Assembly (NCBI GenBank): GCA_963718665.1
Contig: OY970359.1
Coordinates: 1,600,001-1,664,000, forward strand
Reading direction: 5' to 3'
DNA length: 64,000 bases
DNA from: an uncultured Phycisphaerales bacterium
GTDB taxonomy: Bacteria > Planctomycetota > Phycisphaerae > Sedimentisphaerales > Anaerobacaceae
The position numbers and the translations under genes were made by a program. The notes below the pieces were generated by a model. The model had not been told where the DNA came from. It did not search any database and was given only the letters and a program-made list of their open reading frames with translations. Shown here piece by piece: positions 51,325 to 60,148 of the stretch. The stretch's first letter is position 1; the number at the start of each line of letters is the position of its first letter.

Positions 51325-53379
51325 GTGATGCAAAATTCAAAAGAAGCATATCAGGAATTTGGTGTCAGGAGGCCGGCGGAAGTGCTGCGTCCGGCATCGA
51401 CGAGTCCGGCCAGCGTGGACCCTCTGAAGAAAAATGAAGGGGTTGGCGACGAGGGCTGGGGGGGGTATCCTCTGCTTAGGGGGATAAACGGACCTGCGGA
51501 TGTGAAAAAGCTTTCGGTAGCCCAGTTGAGCCAATTAGCCGATGAGATACGCCAATTCATAATCGAGACGGTGGGCATGACCGGAGGGCACCTGGCGAGC
51601 AGCTTAGGGGTTGTTGAGATAACGCTTGCACTGCATTATGTGTTCGATTTTGAGCAGGATAAACTGGTCTGGGACGTGGGGCATCAGTGCTATGCGCATA
51701 AGATAGTTACGGGGAGGAAAGAGGAGTTCAGGAATCTTCGTCGAGCCGGGGGGGTGAGCGGATTTCCGAATCCTGAGGAAAGTACTTATGACCAGTTCGC
51801 GGTGGGGCATGCGGGGACGTCGATAGGCACAGCTATCGGGCTTGCGCTTGGTGAGATGAAACAGGCAAGGCAGAATAAGATTGTAGCTCTTGTCGGGGAC
51901 GGTAGTATCGTCAATGGGGCGAGCTTCGAGTCACTGAACAACCTTGGCCTGGTCAAGCGACAGACGCTGATTGTGCTGAATGATAACTCGATGGCGATAG
52001 ACGCGACGCAGGGTGCGGTGGCGAAGTATTTTTCGAAGATTCGATTGAGCCAGACATACGAGGATTTGCGAAGGACGACGAGCGACATACTGGAACATAC
52101 GCCTGTGATTGGCAAAACGGTGGAGGAAGCGATAGAGCGAATCAAGAAGAGCATTCGTATGGTACTTCCCGGCGGCCGGCTGTTTGAGAGTTTGAATGTG
52201 CCGTATTTCGGGCCTGTGGATGGTCATGATATAGGGGCTTTGGTGCAGTTATTCAGGGCTTTGAAGCAGATTGACCACCCGGTGCTTTTGCATTGTCATA
52301 CCAAAAAAGGGATGGGATTTACGCCCGCGGACAATCATCCGAGCAAGTATCATTCGACCGGGCCATTCAAGATGAACGGCGACGTGGTTGAGCCGGCGAC
52401 GGAGAAGCAGGGGCGAAGCTTTACGGACGTTTTCGGCGACGAGTTAGTAAGATTGGCTGAGAAGGACAAGAAGGTTATCGCGATAAGCAGCGCGATGTGC
52501 GAGGGGACGGGGCTGAAAAAGTTCCGCGAGAAGTATCCCGACAGATTTTATGACGTTGGAATAGCTGAAAGCGCGGCGGTTGAGATAGCGGCGGGTCTCG
52601 CGAAGAGCGGATTGCGGCCTGTGGTGTGCATATATTCGACTTTTTTGCAGAGGAGTTTCGACCAGATATTCCAGGAGGTTTCGCTGCAGAAACTGCCTGT
52701 GGTATTTTGCATAGACAGGGCGGGAGTGGTAGGGGCGGACGGGCCGACGCATCATGGTCTTATGGATATCGGGTATTTGCGAATGATGCCGAATCTTGCA
52801 CTTGTTTCGCCTGCGGACGCGGTTGAGATGGGGGGCGTTTTGGAATTCGCGTTGAGCGCGGACAGGGCCGTGTGCGTGAGGTATCCGAAAGAAATAGTTG
52901 CCAGCGAGCGGATAGTCGAGTCGAGCGATGAGCCGTTTGTTCTGGGTAAAAGCGTGGTTGCCAGAAGCAGCGACAGGTCTGCTGCGGTGATAGTAAGTTA
53001 CGGAAGCGTTCTTATTGAAGCGATAGCAGCCGCAAGGGCGCTGGCGGAGGAAGGCATAGAGGTTGACGTGATAAACGCGAGGTTTGCGGCACCGATTGAC
53101 AGCAGGATAGTTGAGCTTATGGGAGCGGGCAAGCCGGTGATTACGGTTGAGGATCACGGGGTGGCTTGCGGGTTTGGTTCGGCGATAATGGAGGCGGCGG
53201 GTCAGCACAGCGGCGGATTTGTGCCCCGGCGGGACGGGGGAGCGATTCGGATTTTAGGGGCGTCGAAGCGATTTATCAGGCACGATTCACGGAGCAACCA
53301 GCTTATGGAGGCGGGGATAAATGCCGATAAAATAGCGGAAGCGGTGTATCAGATACTAAATAGACGTGAGAATCAATGA
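51325..53379 (+). CDS. dxs: 1-deoxy-D-xylulose-5-phosphate synthase
   Basis: GGHLASSLG, WDVGHQCYAHK, GDG..LNDN, DVGIAE, YSTFLQR, DGPTHHG. Confidence 0.96.
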   Translation: MMQNSKEAYQEFGVRRPAEVLRPASTSPASVDPLKKNEGVGDEGWGGYPLLRGINGPADVKKLSVAQLSQLADEIRQFIIETVGMTGGHLASSLGVVEITLALHYVFDFEQDKLVWDVGHQCYAHKIVTGRKEEFRNLRRAGGVSGFPNPEESTYDQFAVGHAGTSIGTAIGLALGEMKQARQNKIVALVGDGSIVNGASFESLNNLGLVKRQTLIVLNDNSMAIDATQGAVAKYFSKIRLSQTYEDLRRTTSDILEHTPVIGKTVEEAIERIKKSIRMVLPGGRLFESLNVPYFGPVDGHDIGALVQLFRALKQIDHPVLLHCHTKKGMGFTPADNHPSKYHSTGPFKMNGDVVEPATEKQGRSFTDVFGDELVRLAEKDKKVIAISSAMCEGTGLKKFREKYPDRFYDVGIAESAAVEIAAGLAKSGLRPVVCIYSTFLQRSFDQIFQEVSLQKLPVVFCIDRAGVVGADGPTHHGLMDIGYLRMMPNLALVSPADAVEMGGVLEFALSADRAVCVRYPKEIVASERIVESSDEPFVLGKSVVARSSDRSAAVIVSYGSVLIEAIAAARALAEEGIEVDVINARFAAPIDSRIVELMGAGKPVITVEDHGVACGFGSAIMEAAGQHSGGFVPRRDGGAIRILGASKRFIRHDSRSNQLMEAGINADKIAEAVYQILNRRENQ

Positions 53380-54320
53380 CAAAATCGAGCCGAGCCAGAA
53401 CGTTGAGATTGGCGATTTTCGGAGACCGCAGAAAAGGGCACGTCGCGGAGGCGATAGCGGATTTTGCGGATTTTGTAAAAGGCAAGCCCCTCGACTCTGC
53501 TCCCCTCGACAAAGCTCGGGGCAGGCAGGGCAGGGTTCGGACGGTGGTTAATTGCGGGATTGATGAGTGCACACCTGATAATTTGCAGGAGGCGGATTAC
53601 GCGATAGTTTTTGGCGGGGACGGGAGTATCATCGCGGCGGCGAGGCGATTAAGCCGAAGCGACGACAAAACGGGGATTCCAGTCATAGGTGTTAATCTCG
53701 GCAAGCTCGGATACTTGGCGGAGTTCAGCGTTGAGGAGTTGAAAAAGTTTTTCCCGGAGCTGATGAAGGGCAAGGCGATAATTGAGAAGCGAATGATGCT
53801 TCTTTGCCAGGTGCTAAGGAAGGGCAGGGAGCGTTTTTGTTCGACGGCAGTGAACGACGTATTCATAACGGCGGGGCCGCCGTTTCGGATGATAGACCTG
53901 AAGATGTTCGTTGACGGACAGCATTTGGGTGATTGCGTCAGTGACGGGCTGGTGGTATCGACGCCGACTGGCTCTACGGCGTATGGATTGTCTGCGGGGG
54001 GGCCGATTCTGTCGCAGAAGATGGAAGGGATAGTAATTACGCCGATATGCCCGCACAGTTTAAGTTTCAGACCTATTGTTATAAGAGCGGACAGTGTTGT
54101 TGAGCTTCGCGGGGAGCGTTTGAATGAGGGGACGACGGTTTCGATAGACGGACAAGTGTCGCTGGAGCTGGAAATTGATGATGTGGTGCAGATAAAGCGG
54201 CACAAGAGGGATTTTCTTGTTGTGAATAATCCGCTTCGGTGCGAGTGGGATACGCTGGCGACGAAATTAGGCTGGGCGGAAAAGCCGAAGTATCAGGGCG
54301 TTGAGAAGAATAATCGATAA
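53376..54320 (+). CDS. nadK: NAD+ kinase
   Basis: GGDG, NLGKLGYL, DGLVVSTPTGSTAY.LSAGGP. Confidence 0.95.
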   Translation: MTKSSRARTLRLAIFGDRRKGHVAEAIADFADFVKGKPLDSAPLDKARGRQGRVRTVVNCGIDECTPDNLQEADYAIVFGGDGSIIAAARRLSRSDDKTGIPVIGVNLGKLGYLAEFSVEELKKFFPELMKGKAIIEKRMMLLCQVLRKGRERFCSTAVNDVFITAGPPFRMIDLKMFVDGQHLGDCVSDGLVVSTPTGSTAYGLSAGGPILSQKMEGIVITPICPHSLSFRPIVIRADSVVELRGERLNEGTTVSIDGQVSLELEIDDVVQIKRHKRDFLVVNNPLRCEWDTLATKLGWAEKPKYQGVEKNNR

Positions 54321-54354
54321 TCGATTATTTTGACCACGGTTTACGAATTGCAAC

Positions 54355-55875
54355 GTGGATTTATATGCGAACAGGATGAATTTGCCCGGGGTAGCAGTTA
54401 ATATGAGAAGCATAAGGTTGGTGTATGTATTGGTGTTTACTTTGGTTGCTTTTGGGGGGGTGGGTCTATCATTGGAAAATCCATCGATTGGCAACCCTGT
54501 GGGGTCCGGAACTGTTCCGCCGACGGCGTATCAGCCGGGATTAGTCCATAGCCCAAACCCGATCGATATGAGCGGTAATCTTGTGATTACGGGCAACGTT
54601 GCCAACGGTATGCAGTTCAGGGGTGTTGTGCCGTATAACAGTCCGACGAGTTTTTACGCGCCGGCGGGTTCGCTTTGGCGTACATCGGCTGGGCTGGATT
54701 CATTTTTGAGGGATACCGCGGGTTCGCAGAATTTCGGGCCGAGCAGCGGTGGTTTGACGCCTTATTATTCACCAACGTGGACGGTAACGACAACGCAGCC
54801 GGGCGTGCAAGGAGTGGTTACGACCGGCGGTTCGGGGGCAAATTCATTTGCAGGCACAAATTTACCGAATGCCCAGACAGGATATTACCTACCCGGGTAT
54901 AACTCTCAGATTAACAAACGGCCGTTGTCGCTGAGCCAGGAGGACTTGGAGAAACTTGTCGAAACGGATGTTACGAAATATCCTAAGGGAAGCGAGGCGG
55001 ATTCGCAATTGCAGGACCAGTTCTGGCGTGATATGGGAGTAAAGATTGAGCGCAAAGAGGAAGCGGCTGATATCACGGATAAGACGGGGCCGGGGCAGGC
55101 GACGAGCAGTGAGCCGAGTTTGGAGGAACTGCTTGGCGGGAATACTCAGGGATTACAGAGGTCGAAGGACAAGCAACGGGTTGATAAAGAAAGATTGGCG
55201 GGTCAGCCAGGCGAAACACCGAAGACGGAGCAGGTGGCTGATATATATGAACAAATGAAGGGGCGGCTGGGCAAGACGATTGAATTGCCCAAGGGTGAGG
55301 GCATATCTGCGACAAAACAGGCGGAGGCGAATGAATCGACAGTATCAAAGCCGGGCGTTACGCCGGCGGAGTTCGCGAAGGCGTATAAGAGTTTTGCCGT
55401 TTTAAGCGATGACAGGTTCAATCAGCATATGAGGGCGGCAGAAGGTTTTATGAAGCAGGGGAGATTTTACAGAGCCGCGGATGCATACACTCTTGCTTCG
55501 ATATATAAGCCAAATGACCCGCTGGGTTACGCGGGCAAGAGCGTGGCGTTGTTCGCGTCGGGAGAGTATCTGAGCAGCTCGCTGTTTTTGGCCAGGGCAT
55601 TGGAAATTTTCCCGGAATACGCGAAGGTCAAGATTGATCTTGTGGGAATGATAGGCGACAAAGATACGGTTGAGAACAGGATACTCGAAGCTCGTGATTG
55701 GATGGACAAGAGTGATTCCGGTGAGCTGGAATTTCTGCTAAGCTACATTTATTATCAGATGGACCGGCTGGAGTTTGCGAGGCAGTCGATAGAGGCGGCG
55801 GCGAAGAAGATGCCGGATTCGCCGGCGGTCGCGGCGATGAAGAAGGCGATAGACGAGCGCCTTGCAAAACCTTAA
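54355..55875 (+). CDS. Secreted hypothetical protein with C-terminal TPR repeats
   Basis: Signal-like N-terminus (start perhaps ATG 54403), low-complexity middle, TPR-like helices. Confidence 0.7.
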   Translation: MDLYANRMNLPGVAVNMRSIRLVYVLVFTLVAFGGVGLSLENPSIGNPVGSGTVPPTAYQPGLVHSPNPIDMSGNLVITGNVANGMQFRGVVPYNSPTSFYAPAGSLWRTSAGLDSFLRDTAGSQNFGPSSGGLTPYYSPTWTVTTTQPGVQGVVTTGGSGANSFAGTNLPNAQTGYYLPGYNSQINKRPLSLSQEDLEKLVETDVTKYPKGSEADSQLQDQFWRDMGVKIERKEEAADITDKTGPGQATSSEPSLEELLGGNTQGLQRSKDKQRVDKERLAGQPGETPKTEQVADIYEQMKGRLGKTIELPKGEGISATKQAEANESTVSKPGVTPAEFAKAYKSFAVLSDDRFNQHMRAAEGFMKQGRFYRAADAYTLASIYKPNDPLGYAGKSVALFASGEYLSSSLFLARALEIFPEYAKVKIDLVGMIGDKDTVENRILEARDWMDKSDSGELEFLLSYIYYQMDRLEFARQSIEAAAKKMPDSPAVAAMKKAIDERLAKP

Positions 55876-55927
55876 CGCATATCGTATATCGTATTTCGTA
55901 TATCGAACCACGAGCGACGAAATACGA

Positions 55928-57964
55928 ATGACTAACGACGAAATACAAAGCACGGCTTTGAATATAGATGATTTTTTTGCGCCTGGAGGGGCGATAGGCC
56001 GGGCATTTGAGGGATACGAACGGCGTCAGCAGCAGGTCGATATGGCCAGGGCGGTGCAAAAGTCGCTATCGACGAAGCGGCATTTGGCGACGGAGGCGGG
56101 GACAGGCGTCGGGAAGAGTTTGGCATATCTTGTGCCTGCGATAGAAAAGGCAATTCTTGGGGCAAATCGAGTAGTCATCAGCACATTCACAATCGCTTTG
56201 CAGGAGCAGTTAATTAATAAGGATATTCCCTGTTTGAACCGGTGTCTGCCGTGGGGGTTCAAGGCGGCGCTGGCAAAGGGTAAATCGAATTATATTTGTA
56301 AACGCCGGCTGGAGTTTGCGATTCGAAGACAGATGGGCTTGTTCGACCAGTTCAGTGATACTCTTGCGGAGATAAATAACTGGGCAACGAGAACGGCGGA
56401 CGGGTCGCTGAGCGATTTGCCTTTTATACCGGATGGTCGGGTTTGGGACGCGGTGAAGGCGGAACACGGCAATTGCAAAGGCAGGAAGTGCGGACATTTT
56501 ACGAGCTGCTTTTGCCAGCGTGCGAAGAGGGAGCTTGAGAACGCGAATGTTATTGTGACGAATCACGCGTTATTATTCAGCGACCTTGCGCTGCGGGAAG
56601 AAGAGTTTTCGATACTGCCAGATTATAAGTGGGTGATTATCGATGAGGCGCATAACATTGAGCGAGTGGCGGAGGAACATTTCGGGATAGAGATAAGCAG
56701 CGGGTCGGTGCGGTTTTTGCTGGACGGGCTTTATAATCCGCGAACACACAAGGGGCTGCTGGTTTATACGGAAGCCGGAAAATTGACGGACATGGTTGTC
56801 AAGGCATCAGAGGCGGCGAAAGAATTTTTCAAAAGCATTCGGCAGTGGGATGAGCGGCACAAGACACAAACTAATGGACGATGCTACAAGAATTTCGTTG
56901 AGGATAAGTTATCTGCGCAGATTAAGGAATTGCGGGCGGGGTTGTCTGGTTTGGCAAAGCAGGCGAAAGACGAGGATGAGCGATTTGAATTGACGCGGTA
57001 TGTCGATAAATGCACAGGGCTGTTGCAGGATTTGGAGGCATTTTTGCCACAGGCCAAACAGGATTATGTTTATTGGGTTGAGGTTAGTGAGAATAAACGT
57101 GAGGCGGTTTACCTGAAAAGTGCGCCGTTAAACGTCGGAGCGGATGTGAAAAGGAGTTTGTTCGATAAGTTTGAGTCGGTGATAATGACGAGCGCGACGT
57201 TAAGCAGTGGTTCGACCCCTTCGACAAGCTCAGGGCAGACAAGCTCACCACGAGTGGGGGGAGAAAAGGGAAAGGGCGGATTCGAGTTTTTCGCGGGGAG
57301 GGTTGGCTTGGGGGATTATGACGCGGTGAAATTAGGTTCGCCATTTGATTATCAAAGGCAGGTAACGATTTATGTCGAGAGCGAATTGCCTGAGCCGAAT
57401 GATGAGAAGTTTGTTGAGTCGGCGTGCGAGGCGGTGAAGAAATATGTGCTGCGAACACAGGGGCGGGCGTTTGTGCTTTTCACGAGTTATAAGATGCTGG
57501 GGGATTTCGCGGAACAATTGGCGGAGTGGTTTAGAGAGAACAATATAGAATTGCTTCAGCAGGGGGTGGGGTTAGACAGGACATCGCTATTGAGACGATT
57601 CAAGATGGACGGGCGATTTGTGTTGTTCGGGACAGATAGTTTCTGGCAGGGGGTGGATGTTGCGGGCGAGGCGTTATCGAACGTGATAATTGTGCGGCTG
57701 CCTTTCGCGATGCCTGATACGCCTTTGTTGGCGGGGCGGTTAGATAAAATCAAAGAAGAAGGCGGCAATCCTTTTGCGGAGTATCAGTTGCCTTTGGCGA
57801 TAATAAAGTTCAAGCAGGGCTTTGGCCGACTGATTCGGACGAAGACGGATACAGGCATTGTTGTTATTTTGGATTCCCGCATATTGAGCAAATCATACGG
57901 CAAGAATTTTTTGGTGGCGATACCGAAATGTAAGACCGAAATAGTTGCTCGCGGCAGGCAGTAA
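55928..57964 (+). CDS. DinG/YoaA-family Fe-S DNA helicase
   Basis: EAGTGVGKS, four Cys, IIDEAH, SATL, FWQGVD, KQGFGRLIR; start placed at ATG 55928. Confidence 0.93.
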   Translation: MTNDEIQSTALNIDDFFAPGGAIGRAFEGYERRQQQVDMARAVQKSLSTKRHLATEAGTGVGKSLAYLVPAIEKAILGANRVVISTFTIALQEQLINKDIPCLNRCLPWGFKAALAKGKSNYICKRRLEFAIRRQMGLFDQFSDTLAEINNWATRTADGSLSDLPFIPDGRVWDAVKAEHGNCKGRKCGHFTSCFCQRAKRELENANVIVTNHALLFSDLALREEEFSILPDYKWVIIDEAHNIERVAEEHFGIEISSGSVRFLLDGLYNPRTHKGLLVYTEAGKLTDMVVKASEAAKEFFKSIRQWDERHKTQTNGRCYKNFVEDKLSAQIKELRAGLSGLAKQAKDEDERFELTRYVDKCTGLLQDLEAFLPQAKQDYVYWVEVSENKREAVYLKSAPLNVGADVKRSLFDKFESVIMTSATLSSGSTPSTSSGQTSSPRVGGEKGKGGFEFFAGRVGLGDYDAVKLGSPFDYQRQVTIYVESELPEPNDEKFVESACEAVKKYVLRTQGRAFVLFTSYKMLGDFAEQLAEWFRENNIELLQQGVGLDRTSLLRRFKMDGRFVLFGTDSFWQGVDVAGEALSNVIIVRLPFAMPDTPLLAGRLDKIKEEGGNPFAEYQLPLAIIKFKQGFGRLIRTKTDTGIVVILDSRILSKSYGKNFLVAIPKCKTEIVARGRQ

Positions 57965-57968
57965 TCTG

Positions 57969-59264
57969 TCATTTGTCCGCGACGGGGACATTGGCATCAC
58001 AGGGGGAATCGGGAAGTTTTTGTCCTTCAACGTATTCTGTTACAAAGCAGGAACTCTTTACAAGACCTGACTTGCGCAATTCAATATAGGCCAGCGGATT
58101 TGGCGAGGGGATTTTGAGTAATCTGGTTCGATGGGCATTTAGCCAGGTTGATTTAGCGGTGGAATTGCCGAAAGTTTGCCGCAGAGAATCGACAAGCCCT
58201 TTCGTCTTATAACGAGCCACGGCTATGTCTGAGCCGTTCCATTTCAAACGGGATACGACGCAGATGTCGTTGTTTTTAAGAAACTGCCCGCTTTCAATTA
58301 TCTTGTCGAGGTTTTTTATAAAGTCGAGCGGGCCGGTTTGGGGCCAGAAGCTTTTTGTAAACACGCCCCGGTAGTTGGCGGTTTTAACAAGGGTATATTT
58401 TGAATTTGTTCGCAGAGTTTGGCCGAGAGCTCTGCGGATTTTTTCCCCCGTGTTTAATCGCTGGCGTGTTTTTCGGAGCACCGCTTTAATAAGGATTTTT
58501 CCTGTTTTTTTGCCTATTCCAGTCCAGGCACAGTATTCTGTGAAGAATCTCATTCGGTCTGTTCTGCTGAGGAGGCCGCAGGCGCTGATATTGAGCTGCA
58601 CGAGATTTTTGACGCGGAGCCAAAAAGGGAGCAGGATAAATTTTTTTGTTCTGGTGTTGTCGATGAAGAAGAATCGCCAGGAAGCTCTTTCGGGGCTAAG
58701 CAGCACATTGCCGAAGCGCAAGTCGCCGTGAAAGATTCCATTTGCGTGCATTTTGCCGATGGTTCTGCCGAAATTGCGTAACAGGTCTCTGAAGCCGGCC
58801 AATTGTTCAGGGGTCATAATTTCCCATGTTTGGCGAGCAATATCAATAGCTCTTTTTGTGTTTTCGATTCCGAGTGTGACCGAGAAGCTTTCGGAATGAA
58901 AAAGGCCTGAGCAGGACTCTCCAACAGCGACAGTTACAGGGACATCAAAGCCGTTTTGTGCAAGCATCATTTCCGCTTTATGCGAACATTTCGCCAAACT
59001 TCCGAAGATAAGGGATTTAAGGGAGGCGAGACCTGATTTGCGGAAAAACCACTTTATGTAAATATCCCTGTCGGCGCCTTCAAAGGGGATGTTAAATTTG
59101 CAAACGCGGCTGAACTCCGAAGACGGCAGAGTTTTAAGCGGGTATCGTTTTCGCAGGGTTTCTTCGCCTGACAACAGTGCCTGCCCCAGGTCGCTGCTGA
59201 GAAAGTTCTTCCTGATATACAACGTGAGATTATTTTGCTTAATTTTTACAAAATCGGCGTTCAA
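57969..59264 (-). CDS. Kdo/WaaP-family LPS kinase with truncated second kinase domain
   Basis: FHGDLRFGNV, FFIDN, RVKNLVQL, TDRMRF; TTG start 59264 with AAGGA RBS. Confidence 0.8.
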   Translation of the reverse strand: MNADFVKIKQNNLTLYIRKNFLSSDLGQALLSGEETLRKRYPLKTLPSSEFSRVCKFNIPFEGADRDIYIKWFFRKSGLASLKSLIFGSLAKCSHKAEMMLAQNGFDVPVTVAVGESCSGLFHSESFSVTLGIENTKRAIDIARQTWEIMTPEQLAGFRDLLRNFGRTIGKMHANGIFHGDLRFGNVLLSPERASWRFFFIDNTRTKKFILLPFWLRVKNLVQLNISACGLLSRTDRMRFFTEYCAWTGIGKKTGKILIKAVLRKTRQRLNTGEKIRRALGQTLRTNSKYTLVKTANYRGVFTKSFWPQTGPLDFIKNLDKIIESGQFLKNNDICVVSRLKWNGSDIAVARYKTKGLVDSLRQTFGNSTAKSTWLNAHRTRLLKIPSPNPLAYIELRKSGLVKSSCFVTEYVEGQKLPDSPCDANVPVADK

Positions 59265-59492
59265 GGTCTCATCCTTATTATTGCGACGGCTCGCGTGATG
59301 TTTTCCAGCGGTGGAATATAGCGGAATTGGGCGAAAGAAACAAGTTTTTAAGGTGCAGCGTACAGCGTTCAGCGGACAGGCCAAACAGCATAGCGGGCAG
59401 CTATGGCCCCTCGGCCTTGCTCGGGACAGGCGGACAGGTTATGGAAGCGAGAAGTTAGAAGGGAGAAGTAAAAACGGATTTAGGATTTGATT

Positions 59493-59518
59493 GGATTCCC
59501 GCCTGCGCGGGAATGACA
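59493..59518. repeat. dRS3-like palindromic repeat
   Basis: ATTCCC-GCCTGCGC-GGGAAT followed by GACA. Confidence 0.75.
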
Positions 59519-59642
59519 GTTATGAAATGGCTTGCAGTGAAATCCTCCTTCGCTGAAGCTACGGAGGACAGGCCAGTGGAATCCGCCTCCGGCGGACAAG
59601 TATGTGGCGGAGAGGGTTTTCTGCATAAAAAACAGGGGGGAT

Positions 59643-60024
59643 GGGGACATTAAAAAATGATGTAAGGCCAGTTTGTAGAAGTAGTTATAAACAATTGACT
59701 GTCCAAGAAGGGGGGCTTTTTGCACGGTTTTTTGGTCATTTTTGGGGCTGTTTTTTGAGTGTTTTTTAAGTCGCGTTTTTGCTGTAACCACTGCAAATAT
59801 AACTGTTTAAAATCTGGACACGAACAGTCGTATAAAACAAACGTATCAAACGCTTGTATCAAACACTTGTTATCCATTTTCGCGCAGGTCGAAAACCCTT
59901 AGATGGAAAAATTTCAAAAAATTTTATCTCCTTGTGGCACAAGGACTTATCGATTTTGGGCATATCAGGAAATCCCTTAGTTTTCGTCAAAAGCGCGCAA
60001 GTTTGCGCCATAGGGTAGAGGGAC
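59643..60024 (+). promoter_or_regulatory. Conserved ~382-bp non-coding element, copy 2 (upstream of phage head operon)
   Basis: Aligns with 28770-29151; same orientation relative to the downstream gene. Confidence 0.8.
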
Positions 60025-60104
60025 GCGTGAAGCGGTCGCCTCTGTAGTTTTGAGTTTTTAGTGTTTAGTTTTGAGTTGAGGAAGAAGAAAGCGATTGAGA
60101 TTGT

Positions 60105-60130
60105 GGATTCCTGCTTGCGCAGGAATGACA
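60105..60130. repeat. dRS3-like palindromic repeat, second copy
   Basis: ATTCCT-GCTTGCGC-AGGAAT followed by GACA. Confidence 0.7.
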
Positions 60131-60148
60131 AGTGAAAGGGGAAGTGAA

